A stretch of 64,000 bases of DNA from Candidatus Falkowbacteria bacterium (GCA_003514005.1 DOSJ01000022.1:13804-77803); one strand, 5' to 3'. Counted from the first letter of the stretch, positions 27,500-37,019 are shown. Numbers and translations: made by a program. The notes: generated by a model not told the origin, from the letters alone.

Positions 27500-27889
27500 C
27501 TACTCGCCTATCTTCTCCAAAATATCCGGTGTCTTTTTCAAAATATATTCAAAACGCTCAATTGATTTTCCACTCACTTCATCAAAGAGCGGTGTACCGT
27601 CGGTATAAAAAGTATCCATCGCATCACCATAGCGATTTAGATTGTTATCAGTCAACCATTTCTCGATTTTTTCTTTTTGCTCAGTTGTCAAATCCTCAGC
27701 TCCAGGTGGTGCAACATTAAAACTATTATTTTTGGATTTTGTTGTTGATTCGGTTTCCTGTGAATTTGTTTCCGTATTCGTGCCATCAAAAAAAATCTCA
27801 CCAACCCTTTGATCAAGCCACTTTAATTTTGTGCAACCGGAAACAGAAATCATTAAAATCAAAGCAAATATAAAACGACCAATTTTCAT
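27500..27889 (-). CDS. small lipoprotein
   Basis: Lipobox ISVSGC after an N-terminal signal peptide. Confidence 0.4.
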   Translation of the reverse strand: MKIGRFIFALILMISVSGCTKLKWLDQRVGEIFFDGTNTETNSQETESTTKSKNNSFNVAPPGAEDLTTEQKEKIEKWLTDNNLNRYGDAMDTFYTDGTPLFDEVSGKSIERFEYILKKTPDILEKIGE

Positions 27890-27936
27890 AGCTTAATATA
27901 ATAAATAATATTAAATCGAAAATCCGAAATCGAAAA

Positions 27937-28092
27937 TTACTTAGTTTCCTTATGAAGAGCGTGCTTGTTGCAAAACTTGCAGAACTTGTTCATCTGAAGT
28001 CTTTCTTTCAATGTTTTCTTATTCTTCCGTGAAAAATAATTAACACGCTTGCATTCTGTGCACTCTAATTTTATCATGTTATCTTGTGACAT
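27937..28092 (-). CDS. rpmG: 50S ribosomal protein L33
   Basis: Translation [51 protein letters not shown] has the L33 Cys-x2-Cys...Cys-x2-Cys zinc ribbon and a HKETK C-terminus. Below the 60-aa cutoff of the supplied track. Confidence 0.75.
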   Translation of the reverse strand: MSQDNMIKLECTECKRVNYFSRKNKKTLKERLQMNKFCKFCNKHALHKETK

Positions 28093-28221
28093 ACAAACAG
28101 AATATTATAAAACAGACGGATAGTCTGCTTTATATATAATTAATATTTACTCCCATATAATAATATATTCGAGCAAATAAGTCAAATTATTATGATTAGC
28201 TAATATTAAACAAAAAAATCT

Positions 28222-28611
28222 TTATTTTTTCCATAGCCCATGCAGATTGCAATATGCGCGCGCTTCAAAATTTTCCGCTGTAACACAGAATTTTGCCATT
28301 GCTTCTACACCTGGTTTTAGATATTCGCGGTAAACTTTACCGTCGGCAATGATTTCGATCCATTCAATAAAATGCTCCTCTGTCATCGGATGCGCGACTT
28401 CGCCGATTCTAACAGTGTAGCCGCATTCGTTTTTCTCAATTACCGGCACATGTTTTTCATGCGAAGCATCTTCGGTATTTTCGGATCGCAAAATCATTGG
28501 CTGGCCGCAACAGACAAGTTCACCAGCACCTTCGTGCACCATCTCAACGATGTTGCCGCAGATGTTGCATTTGTAGATTTGATTTAGAATAGTCATATTT
28601 TTATAAGCCAC
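28222..28611 (-). CDS. dfx: desulfoferrodoxin (superoxide reductase)
   Basis: N-terminal desulforedoxin-like CxxC...CC site (CNICGN...VCC). C-terminal neelaredoxin-type domain with HVPVI and EHFIEWIE. Confidence 0.8.
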   Translation of the reverse strand: MAYKNMTILNQIYKCNICGNIVEMVHEGAGELVCCGQPMILRSENTEDASHEKHVPVIEKNECGYTVRIGEVAHPMTEEHFIEWIEIIADGKVYREYLKPGVEAMAKFCVTAENFEARAYCNLHGLWKK

Positions 28612-28620
28612 GTTCTTTTT

Positions 28621-28718
28621 GTCATTTCGAAGCGAAGCGAGAAATCTATAATACGAGACTAGCAGGTAGACAAAGTATTATAGATCTCTCCACTCCGCTT
28701 CGCTCCGGTCGAGATGAC
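28621..28718. repeat. GTCATT...GAGATGAC imperfect palindromic intergenic element (family member 2)
   Basis: Left arm TGTCATTTCGAAGCGAAGCGAGAAATCTATAATAC pairs with right arm GTATTATAGATCTCTCC...GCTTCGCTCC...GAGATGACA. Confidence 0.8.
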
Positions 28719-28744
28719 AAAAAAGAGTGTGTGCTAAATCTTAA

Positions 28745-29272
28745 TTAATAATTTTCCACAAACAACTCAAAATGATCCACTGGATGCTGACATGTCGGAC
28801 ACATTGCCGGAGCTTCTTCGCCTTCATGAATATGACCGCAGTTGTTGCATTTCCATCTCTTAATTTCATCACGTTTAAATACTTTGCCTGTCTCAATATT
28901 TTCTAATAGCTTTTTGTAACGAGCTTCATGCGCTTTTTCCACGCCTGCTACCATAAGAAATGAACGAGCTAAATCATCGTGCCCTTCTTCTTTAGCCTCA
29001 TTTGCCATTCGCACATACATATCTGTATATTCAAAATGTTCGCCTTCGGCCGCATGCTTAAGATTTTCCTTGGTATCTCCGATTAACCCAAGCGCTTTTG
29101 CCCATAGCTTGGCATGTTCTTTTTCATTCAATGCAGTTTCCATGAATAGATTTTGAATCTGAATGTATCCGTCTTTCTTGGCTTGTGAAGCAAACCAGTC
29201 ATATTTATTTCGCGCCATAGATTCACCGGCAAGTGCTTCTTCGAGATTTTTTTTGGTTTTGGGACCGAGCAT
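28745..29272 (-). CDS. rbr: rubrerythrin
   Basis: Ferritin-like diiron domain with paired ExxH motifs, plus a C-terminal rubredoxin-like CNNCGH...CPTC domain. Confidence 0.85.
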   Translation of the reverse strand: MLGPKTKKNLEEALAGESMARNKYDWFASQAKKDGYIQIQNLFMETALNEKEHAKLWAKALGLIGDTKENLKHAAEGEHFEYTDMYVRMANEAKEEGHDDLARSFLMVAGVEKAHEARYKKLLENIETGKVFKRDEIKRWKCNNCGHIHEGEEAPAMCPTCQHPVDHFELFVENY

Positions 29273-29282
29273 ATTTTTAGGA

Positions 29283-29440
29283 TGGTAGGACTGTAGGCTT
29301 GTAGGCTAGTAGCCTAAGCAAAAAAAATCGTACCAAAAAATTAATTAAAAAATAAAAAAAATAAAACACATCCAACAAACTACCAGCCCACAATCCTACC
29401 CGCCTACAAGCCTACTAGCCTACAAGCCTACCTGCCTACC
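29283..29440. repeat. long inverted repeat of GTAGGCT heptad-like units flanking an A-rich spacer
   Basis: GTAGGCTTGTAGGCTAGTAGGCT at about 29294-29316 and its reverse complement AGCCTACTAGCCTACAAGCCTAC at about 29411-29433, extended by further imperfect CCTAC/GTAGG units. Confidence 0.8.
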
Positions 29441-29443
29441 AGC

Positions 29444-30298
29444 CTAACTCTGACACCCCCCACAATAACTAGTCCCTCTCTGTGTCACTTTTATCTTCTG
29501 AATAATCGCCCCACACCTCCGACACTCCTCTCCTTTCCGTCCATAAACATTCAACATCTTCACAAACTCACCTTTGTTGCCACTCGCATCCACATAATTA
29601 TTAAAAGTCGTACCGCGATTTTGAATCGCTTTTTGTAATACTTGTTTAATGCTCTTGGCAAGCTTTTTTATTTCTATATCGCTTAAGCTAAAAGCCGGAC
29701 GGACGGGACGAATGCCAGCGAGGAACAACGCTTCATCTGCGTAAATATTGCCGATTCCGGCGATTAAGTTTTGGTTTAAAAGCAAAGTCTTAATACTGGC
29801 AGTTTTTGTGCGGATGAAACTTTTTAAGTATTTAAAATCAATCTCCATAGCTTCCAGTCCGAAGTTACCAGTAATTTTTTCAAGCTCATCAATCTCTACA
29901 ATCTGCAAATAACCAAATGTACGCAAATCATTAAACAACAACTTGCTTTTATCAGCAAAACTTATCACAACACGCGTATGCGGATTGGGCTTACAAGCAA
30001 CTTGATTTTTATCACTATGTCCGCCGGCAATAATATTATCTTTTTTGCAATACACCAACTGCCCGGTCATACGCAGATGAATTAAAAGAAAATGTTTTTT
30101 ATCTGCCAACCAAAAAATAATCAGCTTACCCCGCCGTTCAATCTGGATAATTTTATTATACTGCAAAACAGTTAAAAAGTCATTAAACTTACCTTTAACA
30201 ATTCTTTTCAACAAAACCTCAACCTGAACTATTTTTTTACCAATAATCCTATCACGCAAATCGCGCACTATGGTTTCAACTTCAGGAAGCTCTGGCAT
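29444..30298 (-). CDS. mutM: formamidopyrimidine-DNA glycosylase (Fpg/Nei family)
   Basis: N-terminal MPELPEVE catalytic Pro2/Glu3. C-terminal zinc finger CRRCG...CGGCQ. Confidence 0.85.
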   Translation of the reverse strand: MPELPEVETIVRDLRDRIIGKKIVQVEVLLKRIVKGKFNDFLTVLQYNKIIQIERRGKLIIFWLADKKHFLLIHLRMTGQLVYCKKDNIIAGGHSDKNQVACKPNPHTRVVISFADKSKLLFNDLRTFGYLQIVEIDELEKITGNFGLEAMEIDFKYLKSFIRTKTASIKTLLLNQNLIAGIGNIYADEALFLAGIRPVRPAFSLSDIEIKKLAKSIKQVLQKAIQNRGTTFNNYVDASGNKGEFVKMLNVYGRKGEECRRCGAIIQKIKVTQRGTSYCGGCQS

Positions 30299-30340
30299 AT
30301 ATTAAAAATTCGACACTCGGCATTCGACACTCGGCATTCC

Positions 30341-30667
30341 CTACGCTCCATACTTCTTCAACAAATCCATCAACCCTTCTTTCGACTGTAACCCAACCAT
30401 AGTTTCCTTTACTTCTCCATCTTTAAAAATCATAAGCGTAGGAATGCTCATAATTCCAAAATTCATAGCAGTTTGCTGTGCTTCTTCAGTATTTACTTTT
30501 CCAACAATTGCTTTGTCGCCGATCTCATCTGCCAATGTATCAACAATCGGACCCTGGACTTTACATGGACCGCACCATGGCGCGAAAAAATCGACTAATA
30601 CTGGTTTTTGTTTTGAGGCTTCAAGAACCTCTGTGTTAAAATTTGCGTCTGTAAATTGTTTTGACAT
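30341..30667 (-). CDS. trxA: thioredoxin
   Basis: WCGPC active site, 108 aa. Confidence 0.9.
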   Translation of the reverse strand: MSKQFTDANFNTEVLEASKQKPVLVDFFAPWCGPCKVQGPIVDTLADEIGDKAIVGKVNTEEAQQTAMNFGIMSIPTLMIFKDGEVKETMVGLQSKEGLMDLLKKYGA

Positions 30668-30847
30668 ATGGGTGGATATTTGACAGATTTTTGTTCTGTC
30701 AATTTTTAATTAATATTTATAATTTTATTTATCTATCACCAAGGTACTTAGTTGATTAGTTAATTAGGAATTAAATAAATTAGAAATGGCGATTTTAACA
30801 GGCTCCTCTCCCTATTCCCCAATTAACTAATTACCCAATTAACTAAA

Positions 30848-31093
30848 TCAATTATTTTTCGTAAGTTCCAAAACTAATTTCTTTATCATCTCGCTTTTTT
30901 TGCGTGATCCGCAGGAATCAAGGCAACTGACAAAATTTTCTTCGATATATTTGTTTGTCAGCGAATTAAGCGCCGACTTGACTGCTTTCATCTGAACAAT
31001 AACCGAAAAACAATCTTTTTTTTCTTCGATCATTCGATTGATGCCATTCAACTGGCCGATAATATTATTGATTAACTGTTCTTGTGTCTTCAT
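30848..31093 (-). CDS. CsoR/RcnR-family metal-sensing repressor
   Basis: 81-aa helical protein with Cys/His spacing typical of DUF156 metal-sensing repressors. Confidence 0.55.
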   Translation of the reverse strand: MKTQEQLINNIIGQLNGINRMIEEKKDCFSVIVQMKAVKSALNSLTNKYIEENFVSCLDSCGSRKKSEMIKKLVLELTKNN

Positions 31094-31130
31094 ATTTAAA
31101 TTAATTAAATCTCAAATCCTAAATCATATA

Positions 31131-31928
31131 TCATAAATTATTTTCTCTCGCATCACATTCCTTTTTCGCTTTTCGTTTTAACATACATGCATAATACCAC
31201 CAATGCCATGCAAGATGAAAAAATGAAATAATTGCCATTGCAATTCCAGTTTCAACGTGCAACATTAAGAGATCGAATGGCCAATTGACCATGATTCCAT
31301 AATTTATTCGTATGACTAATAATATTCCAGAAATTCCTGACGCAAGAAAAAATAAAGTTAAGGCAAGGTTCCAAATACGTTGTTGAGTTAAAAATGAAAT
31401 CGTTTTCTTTAATGCCAAGATATATGTTATCAAATAAGCAATTAACAAGACAAATAAAACAGGAAAAAAATTATATTTTGGTGTGATTACTTTTTTTGCT
31501 TCATCTGCTGATAAAATCGGTTCAGTCGCGGGTGGGCTGTCTGCTTTTATATTTGCGGCAATACCGGCTGCCACCGTAGCGCAAAGGGCGTTTTCATCAT
31601 GCAAAACCGCCATTGAGTCACTTGTTTTTACAATTATTTTTAAAAATAACCCGAGCTCGCGCGCGTATTCTTCGGCGCTAATATTATATATTTTTGCAAT
31701 CTCTGATACTGTTCTTTTTTTAAATTCCTCTTCGCTTAATTTTGTTGTTTTCTCTGCTGTTGGCACTTCTATCTCGGATAAATCACAAAGATTATTCTTA
31801 TCTTTATCAACATAAGAACCACAGTTGCCAGGGGCGGCATCATTTACCATCCCGATTGGACAATCGGTTTGTGCCAAGGCCGGATTGATAAAAAACAAAA
31901 GTAAAAACAAAGATGTTAAAATTTTCAT
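31131..31928 (-). CDS. membrane protein with Cys-rich periplasmic N-terminal domain
   Basis: Signal peptide, four Cys in N-terminal region, four C-terminal TM helices with HLAWHWWYY. Confidence 0.35.
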   Translation of the reverse strand: MKILTSLFLLLFFINPALAQTDCPIGMVNDAAPGNCGSYVDKDKNNLCDLSEIEVPTAEKTTKLSEEEFKKRTVSEIAKIYNISAEEYARELGLFLKIIVKTSDSMAVLHDENALCATVAAGIAANIKADSPPATEPILSADEAKKVITPKYNFFPVLFVLLIAYLITYILALKKTISFLTQQRIWNLALTLFFLASGISGILLVIRINYGIMVNWPFDLLMLHVETGIAMAIISFFHLAWHWWYYACMLKRKAKKECDARENNL

Positions 31929-32014
31929 AATTATTTTTTTTATTAACTAAGACAAAGTATATCACACACCCCTAGGGGGTGTCAAGGAATTTTTTATTTA
32001 TAAAACAAAAGGTC

Positions 32015-32662
32015 CTAAAAATTCGATTTTTTTGCTTTAACAAAGCGCATGTCATTTTTTATACTTAATAATACAAATACTCCAATAAAGGAAATAACAC
32101 TTGCCAAACCGAATAGATAATTAAAACCAAGCCGATATGCGATAATTCCGCCCAAGGCTGCACCGATTGCTGAGCTTAAATCAGTTACTGTAAAATATGT
32201 CCCCCATTCAATACCTTCGTGTTCGTGATCAATATGGCGAGTAAACACCGCTGTCCAAGATGGAAAAAGGACTGCGGCTGAAACACCTAGCAAAAACTGT
32301 ACAACATAAAGCTGAAAAATAGAATCAATAAAAATATAAAGCAAAGGTGTTAAAGAAAACCAGAATGTTCCGAGGAATATTGCAATAAAATCATCTTGTT
32401 CACCCTTTATCTTATCTATCATAACTGAGACCGGAATCTGCAATAAACTTTTTGAAAGCATATAGATCGTAGTCGCGATACCAACGACTTCCAAATTGCC
32501 GCCTGGTATTTTATCTGTAATATAGAGCGCAAAAATCGGCGCAATAAAACCGAGACGTGTCATAACAACCAAAATATCAGAAAAAATTAGGATTCTTATG
32601 ACTGGGTTAATTTTTTGGAATATAGATATATTCCAAACTGAATTTACGCTTGGATGTTTCAT
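32015..32662 (-). CDS. MFS transporter, C-terminal 6-TM half only (possibly truncated)
   Basis: Sequence resembles MFS TM7-12. No N-terminal half in the short upstream spacer. Confidence 0.45.
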   Translation of the reverse strand: MKHPSVNSVWNISIFQKINPVIRILIFSDILVVMTRLGFIAPIFALYITDKIPGGNLEVVGIATTIYMLSKSLLQIPVSVMIDKIKGEQDDFIAIFLGTFWFSLTPLLYIFIDSIFQLYVVQFLLGVSAAVLFPSWTAVFTRHIDHEHEGIEWGTYFTVTDLSSAIGAALGGIIAYRLGFNYLFGLASVISFIGVFVLLSIKNDMRFVKAKKSNF

Positions 32663-32823
32663 ATTTTTATTATTAACTTATGCTTATTTTACTATTTTTA
32701 TAGAATTTAATCAAACAAAAAAAATCACAACGGGTGAACGACTTATCCACTTGACAATAAAAAAAATCAGAATATAGTAATACCTACACCCTAGGTATAG
32801 GTTAATAAATTATTTATAATCTT

Positions 32824-33096
32824 ATGGATGACAACAAAACAAAAGCATTAATCAATTTTAAAAAAGCCTCTACTCTTCTTAGTCGTATCATAAAAATGAC
32901 CGAAGACAAAGAATATTGCATCGACATAATGCAACAAAATCTAGCCGTGATCGGACTCTTAAAATCAGCACATCAGATGCTAATGGAAAACCATTTGAAT
33001 ACATGTTTCAAAAACGCAATGGCGAGCAAGAATGAAAAGACGAAGCAGGATATGATTGAGGAGATTTTGAAAGTTACAAAGTTGGCTAATAAATAA
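32824..33096 (+). CDS. CsoR-family copper-sensing repressor
   Basis: 90-aa helical protein with conserved Cys (YCIDIM) and a later H/C pair. Directly upstream of copper export genes. Confidence 0.6.
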   Translation: MDDNKTKALINFKKASTLLSRIIKMTEDKEYCIDIMQQNLAVIGLLKSAHQMLMENHLNTCFKNAMASKNEKTKQDMIEEILKVTKLANK

Positions 33097-33185
33097 TTTA
33101 GGTACTTAGGGCATAGGGCTTAGGAGATGTGTATCGAGCTTCATCTTCAATACTCTAGGTACCTAAGTATCCGAGTACCTAAAAT

Positions 33186-34643
33186 ATGTTAAAAAAGACC
33201 ACTCTAACCATTACCGGCATGCATTGTGTCGGTTGTAAAAATCTTATCGAAAGTGAAGTCAGCTCACTCCCCGGCGTCAAGAGTATTGTCTTTGACCATA
33301 AAAATGATAGCGCTGTAATTGAATATGATGAAGAAAAAACAGATCTTGCAAAAATCATTCCCGAGATTGAAAAACTAAACTATAAAGTGAAACACGAAAC
33401 AAACGAACATAAACACGAAATAAACGAAACTAACAACGCAAAAGAAACGAAAAATAGTTTAAGATATTTAATTTTATTTGTTGCGTTTGTCCTGATTGGT
33501 TATTTTATAATCAATCATTTCGGCGGCTTTGAACTGCTGGGCAAATTAAACGAAGGACATGTCGCCTATTCTCTATTATTCATAATCGGTGTTCTTGCCG
33601 GCTTCCACTGTGTCGGTATGTGCGGCGGACTTGTACTGGCCTACTCTACCGCAAATGCAAATAACGAAAAGAAAAAAAGTCTAATCCCACATCTCGAGTA
33701 TAACACGGGCCGGATAATTTCCTACACGATTATCGGTGGAATCTTGGGCGGAATCGGTTCATTCTTTGGCATCAATCCAATTTTTACCGGAGTTATCTTA
33801 ATACTCGCTAGCATATTTATGGTATTGATGGGTTTGTCATTTTTAACCGATTACAAAATCTTAAAAAAAATAAAACTAAACACGCCAGCGTTTATTGCCA
33901 AATATCTTTATCAAAACAAACAAAACAAAAAACCAAAAGGTCCTTTTATAATAGGCCTCTTAACCGGTTTTATGCCCTGCGGACCTTTGCAGGCAATGCA
34001 ACTTTATGCATTGGCACAAGGCGATATGTTACGCGGAGTATTGTCGATGGCGGTTTACGCGCTAGGCACGACAATTGTTATGTTTGCTTTTGGCGCAGTG
34101 ATAAACACGATCAAAACGCAAAATATTTCCAAACTGCTAAAATTCTCAGGTGCTTTCATAATCATTCTTGGAATAATGATGGCAAATCGCGGTCTGGCAA
34201 ATTTTGGAATAAATTTTATGTCTTCTGCAAAAACAGAATCACAAACGATTACGAATGTTGACAATAAAGATTTTCAAGAAATCAAAATGGACTTGACCTA
34301 TTCCGGTTATGTACCGAATACGCTTTATATCAAAAAAGATATTCCCGTACGCTGGATTATAAATGTCAAACAGATGACAGGTTGTACCGATGCTATCATG
34401 ATCGAGTCATTGGGCATAAAAAAAGACCTGCAATATGGCGAAAATATAATCGAATTCACTCCGCCGGCGAATGTTAAGGAAATAAAATTCTCCTGCTGGA
34501 TGCGGATGGTTTGGGGGAAGTTTGTTGTTGGTGACGAAGGGTCTTCTAAACAGCCGGACGAATATAATGAAGCACGAGTTTCTGGGGATACCGGAACGTA
34601 TAATGCGGTTTGCAGTGCTTCGGGGTGTGGGTGTACAAAATAA
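33186..34643 (+). CDS. HMA-domain / DsbD-TauE-like permease fusion with Cys-rich C-terminal domain
   Basis: N-terminal HMA (ITGMHCVGCKN). Membrane core with GFHCVGMCGGL and MPCGPLQAM motifs. C-terminal about 130-aa soluble domain with Cys/Met/His, ending CSASGCGCTK. Confidence 0.55.
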   Translation: MLKKTTLTITGMHCVGCKNLIESEVSSLPGVKSIVFDHKNDSAVIEYDEEKTDLAKIIPEIEKLNYKVKHETNEHKHEINETNNAKETKNSLRYLILFVAFVLIGYFIINHFGGFELLGKLNEGHVAYSLLFIIGVLAGFHCVGMCGGLVLAYSTANANNEKKKSLIPHLEYNTGRIISYTIIGGILGGIGSFFGINPIFTGVILILASIFMVLMGLSFLTDYKILKKIKLNTPAFIAKYLYQNKQNKKPKGPFIIGLLTGFMPCGPLQAMQLYALAQGDMLRGVLSMAVYALGTTIVMFAFGAVINTIKTQNISKLLKFSGAFIIILGIMMANRGLANFGINFMSSAKTESQTITNVDNKDFQEIKMDLTYSGYVPNTLYIKKDIPVRWIINVKQMTGCTDAIMIESLGIKKDLQYGENIIEFTPPANVKEIKFSCWMRMVWGKFVVGDEGSSKQPDEYNEARVSGDTGTYNAVCSASGCGCTK

Positions 34644-34659
34644 TTCACTAATATATTTT

Positions 34660-34777
34660 GTCATTCCGTAGCGAAGCGAAGGAATCCCTTATACTCTTAT
34701 AACATATCTAAATAATTCAAAAAAGATAATATTATTTAAAACCTTTAAGGGATCTCTCCGCTTCGCTGCGAGATGAC
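34660..34777. repeat. GTCATT...GAGATGAC imperfect palindromic intergenic element (family member 3)
   Basis: Left arm GTCATTCCGTAGCGAAGCGAAGGAATCCCTT, right arm AAGGGATCTCTCCGCTTCGCTGCGAGATGAC. Its 3' end supplies the annotated ATG of copA. Confidence 0.8.
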
Positions 34778-36962
34778 AAAAAATTATATGATATCAACAA
34801 AACTAAACATCGCCGGCATGCACTGCGCATCCTGTGCGAGTAATATAAAAATCGCTTTGGAAAAAGAAAAAGCGGTTAAATCGGCAACTGTAAATTTTGC
34901 TTTGAAAAATGCCGAAGTGGTTTATGATGAAAAAAATCTGACACTAGACCAGATAAAAGATATAATTCAAAAAACCGGTTACACAGTAATTGAAAATAAT
35001 GAAATCGAAAAATCGGAAATTCTAGCCGCAAAAGCTGATGCTGCACTAAAATTAAAAACAATCCTCGCTCTAATACTTTCCGCTCCGCTCATAGTCAGTA
35101 TGTTCTGGATGTACAAAATTCCAGGTTCGTTTCTTGGAGTAATGTCAACTCATTGGCTGCATCACAACTTGGCATTCATTGTCGTATTTATCCTTGGCTG
35201 GCAATTTCACGCTAACGCCTGGCGCGCCTTGATGAATAAACAAAGCGATATGGATACGCTTATTTCAGTTGGCACGCTGTCGGCATATTTTTTCAGCGTG
35301 TACGCAATGTTCACAGGCGGTGATATTTATTTTGAAGGCGCGGCCACAATTACTGCTTTAATTCTACTTGGCCGATACATGGAGCTAAAGACAAAAAATC
35401 GCAGTATGTCTGCTTTAAAAAAACTAATGGAACTTGGCGTAAAGTCTGCAACTATCATAAATGAAAATGGCAAAGAAGAAAAAAGAGATCTAAAAGAAAT
35501 AAATATCGGCGATACGCTTCTGATTCGCCCTGGCGACAAAATTCCTTTGGATGGTATCATAACGAGCGGCTCAACTACCATCGACGAATCTATGCTGACC
35601 GGCGAAGCGATCCCTGTCACAAAAGAAAACGGACAAGAGGTTTTTGCCGCCACTATCAATCTGGATGGCATAATTAAAATCAAAGTAAACAAGAATGGCG
35701 AAGATACTGTTTATTCGCAAATAATTAAATCGGTCGAAGATGCGCAAAAATACAAGGCACCGATCCAAAAACTAGCCGACAAGATTGCCGCAATTTTCGT
35801 ACCAGTCGTTATCGTTATTGCCGCACTTACTTTTATCTTTACTTGGCTAGTCGTTGGCGATGTCGGCGTTGCAGTTTTGCGCGCGATTAGCGTCCTTATA
35901 ATATCTTGTCCTTGCGCGCTTGGCATAGCCACACCGATCGCTATTCTTGTGGGTTCAAGCGTAGGCGCAAAGAACGGAATACTCATTAAAAATGGCGAAA
36001 GTTTTGAAAAAGCGCAAAATATTACGACCGCGGTTTTTGACAAGACTGGCACACTGACCCTAGGTAAACCAGAAATCAAGGAAATTATTTCTACAAACGA
36101 CAGTATATACTCCAATGACAAAATATTAAAACTGGCAAAAAGTCTGGCAAAAAATTCCAGCCATCCCCTTTCACAGGCAATAAATAATTATGAAGCTAAA
36201 ATAGAGCTGGCAGAGATTGATAATTTCCTAGAAATCAGCGGACATGGACTGACTGGTACTTGCAAAACGCATGGCACGCAAATCCTGCTCGGAAACTACA
36301 AATTGCTCAAAGAAAAAAGCGTTAGCCGTGAATGGGCCAAAACGCTGGTTGAAAAATACAAAGAATCGGAATACACAATCCTCTTTGTCGGACACGGCAT
36401 AGAAATTGCCGGCGCCATACTCTTGGCTGACAAGATCAAAGAGAATAGCCGCGCCGCGCTCGATGCCATAAAAAATCTTGGAATAAGATCGGTTATTATT
36501 TCCGGCGACAACAAAAATTCAGTAGCAACAGTCGCAAACAATCTCGGCGTTACAGATTATCTGGCTGAAGTATTACCAAACAAAAAGCAAGCAGAAGTAA
36601 AAAAAATCCAATCCCAAAACGAAAAAGTCCTTTTCGCCGGCGATGGCATTAACGACGCTCCGGCACTTGTCCAAGCCGACCTTGGCATCGCTATGGCAAG
36701 CGGCACCGATATTGCCAAAGAGGCAGGCGATATCGTTATTCTAAAAAACGACCCCGAGAAAATCGTCTTTGCCATCCGCCTCTCCCGTCTAACTTTTTCG
36801 ATCATAAAACAAAACCTCTTCTGGGCATTCTTTTACAATACAATCGCAATCCCCTTCGCCGTCTTTGGCCTTGTCAGTCCAATGGTCGCGGCGCTCGCTA
36901 TGGGATTGTCAGATGTGACAGTGATCGGGAATGCACTCCGGATCTATCGGATTAGAAAATAA
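34773..36962 (+). CDS. copA: copper-translocating P1B-type ATPase
   Basis: N-terminal HMA (GMHCASCA), CPC motif in TM6 (SCPCALG), DKTGTLT phosphorylation site, GDGINDAP hinge. True start may be the Met at 34788. Confidence 0.9.
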   Translation: MTKNYMISTKLNIAGMHCASCASNIKIALEKEKAVKSATVNFALKNAEVVYDEKNLTLDQIKDIIQKTGYTVIENNEIEKSEILAAKADAALKLKTILALILSAPLIVSMFWMYKIPGSFLGVMSTHWLHHNLAFIVVFILGWQFHANAWRALMNKQSDMDTLISVGTLSAYFFSVYAMFTGGDIYFEGAATITALILLGRYMELKTKNRSMSALKKLMELGVKSATIINENGKEEKRDLKEINIGDTLLIRPGDKIPLDGIITSGSTTIDESMLTGEAIPVTKENGQEVFAATINLDGIIKIKVNKNGEDTVYSQIIKSVEDAQKYKAPIQKLADKIAAIFVPVVIVIAALTFIFTWLVVGDVGVAVLRAISVLIISCPCALGIATPIAILVGSSVGAKNGILIKNGESFEKAQNITTAVFDKTGTLTLGKPEIKEIISTNDSIYSNDKILKLAKSLAKNSSHPLSQAINNYEAKIELAEIDNFLEISGHGLTGTCKTHGTQILLGNYKLLKEKSVSREWAKTLVEKYKESEYTILFVGHGIEIAGAILLADKIKENSRAALDAIKNLGIRSVIISGDNKNSVATVANNLGVTDYLAEVLPNKKQAEVKKIQSQNEKVLFAGDGINDAPALVQADLGIAMASGTDIAKEAGDIVILKNDPEKIVFAIRLSRLTFSIIKQNLFWAFFYNTIAIPFAVFGLVSPMVAALAMGLSDVTVIGNALRIYRIRK

Positions 36963-37019
36963 ACAAAAAAACACCCGCAACATTGACGTTTTTCCGTCGT
37001 TGTTGCGGGTATACAGCAT

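Noticed and set aside
34325-36805. Minus-strand ORFs (34325..34648, 34407..34664, 35327..36121, 36296..36805) opposite the HMA-permease and copA genes
   Set aside because: They are antisense to genes with unambiguous P-type ATPase and HMA motifs, and their translations are Ser/Ile/Pro-rich nonsense.
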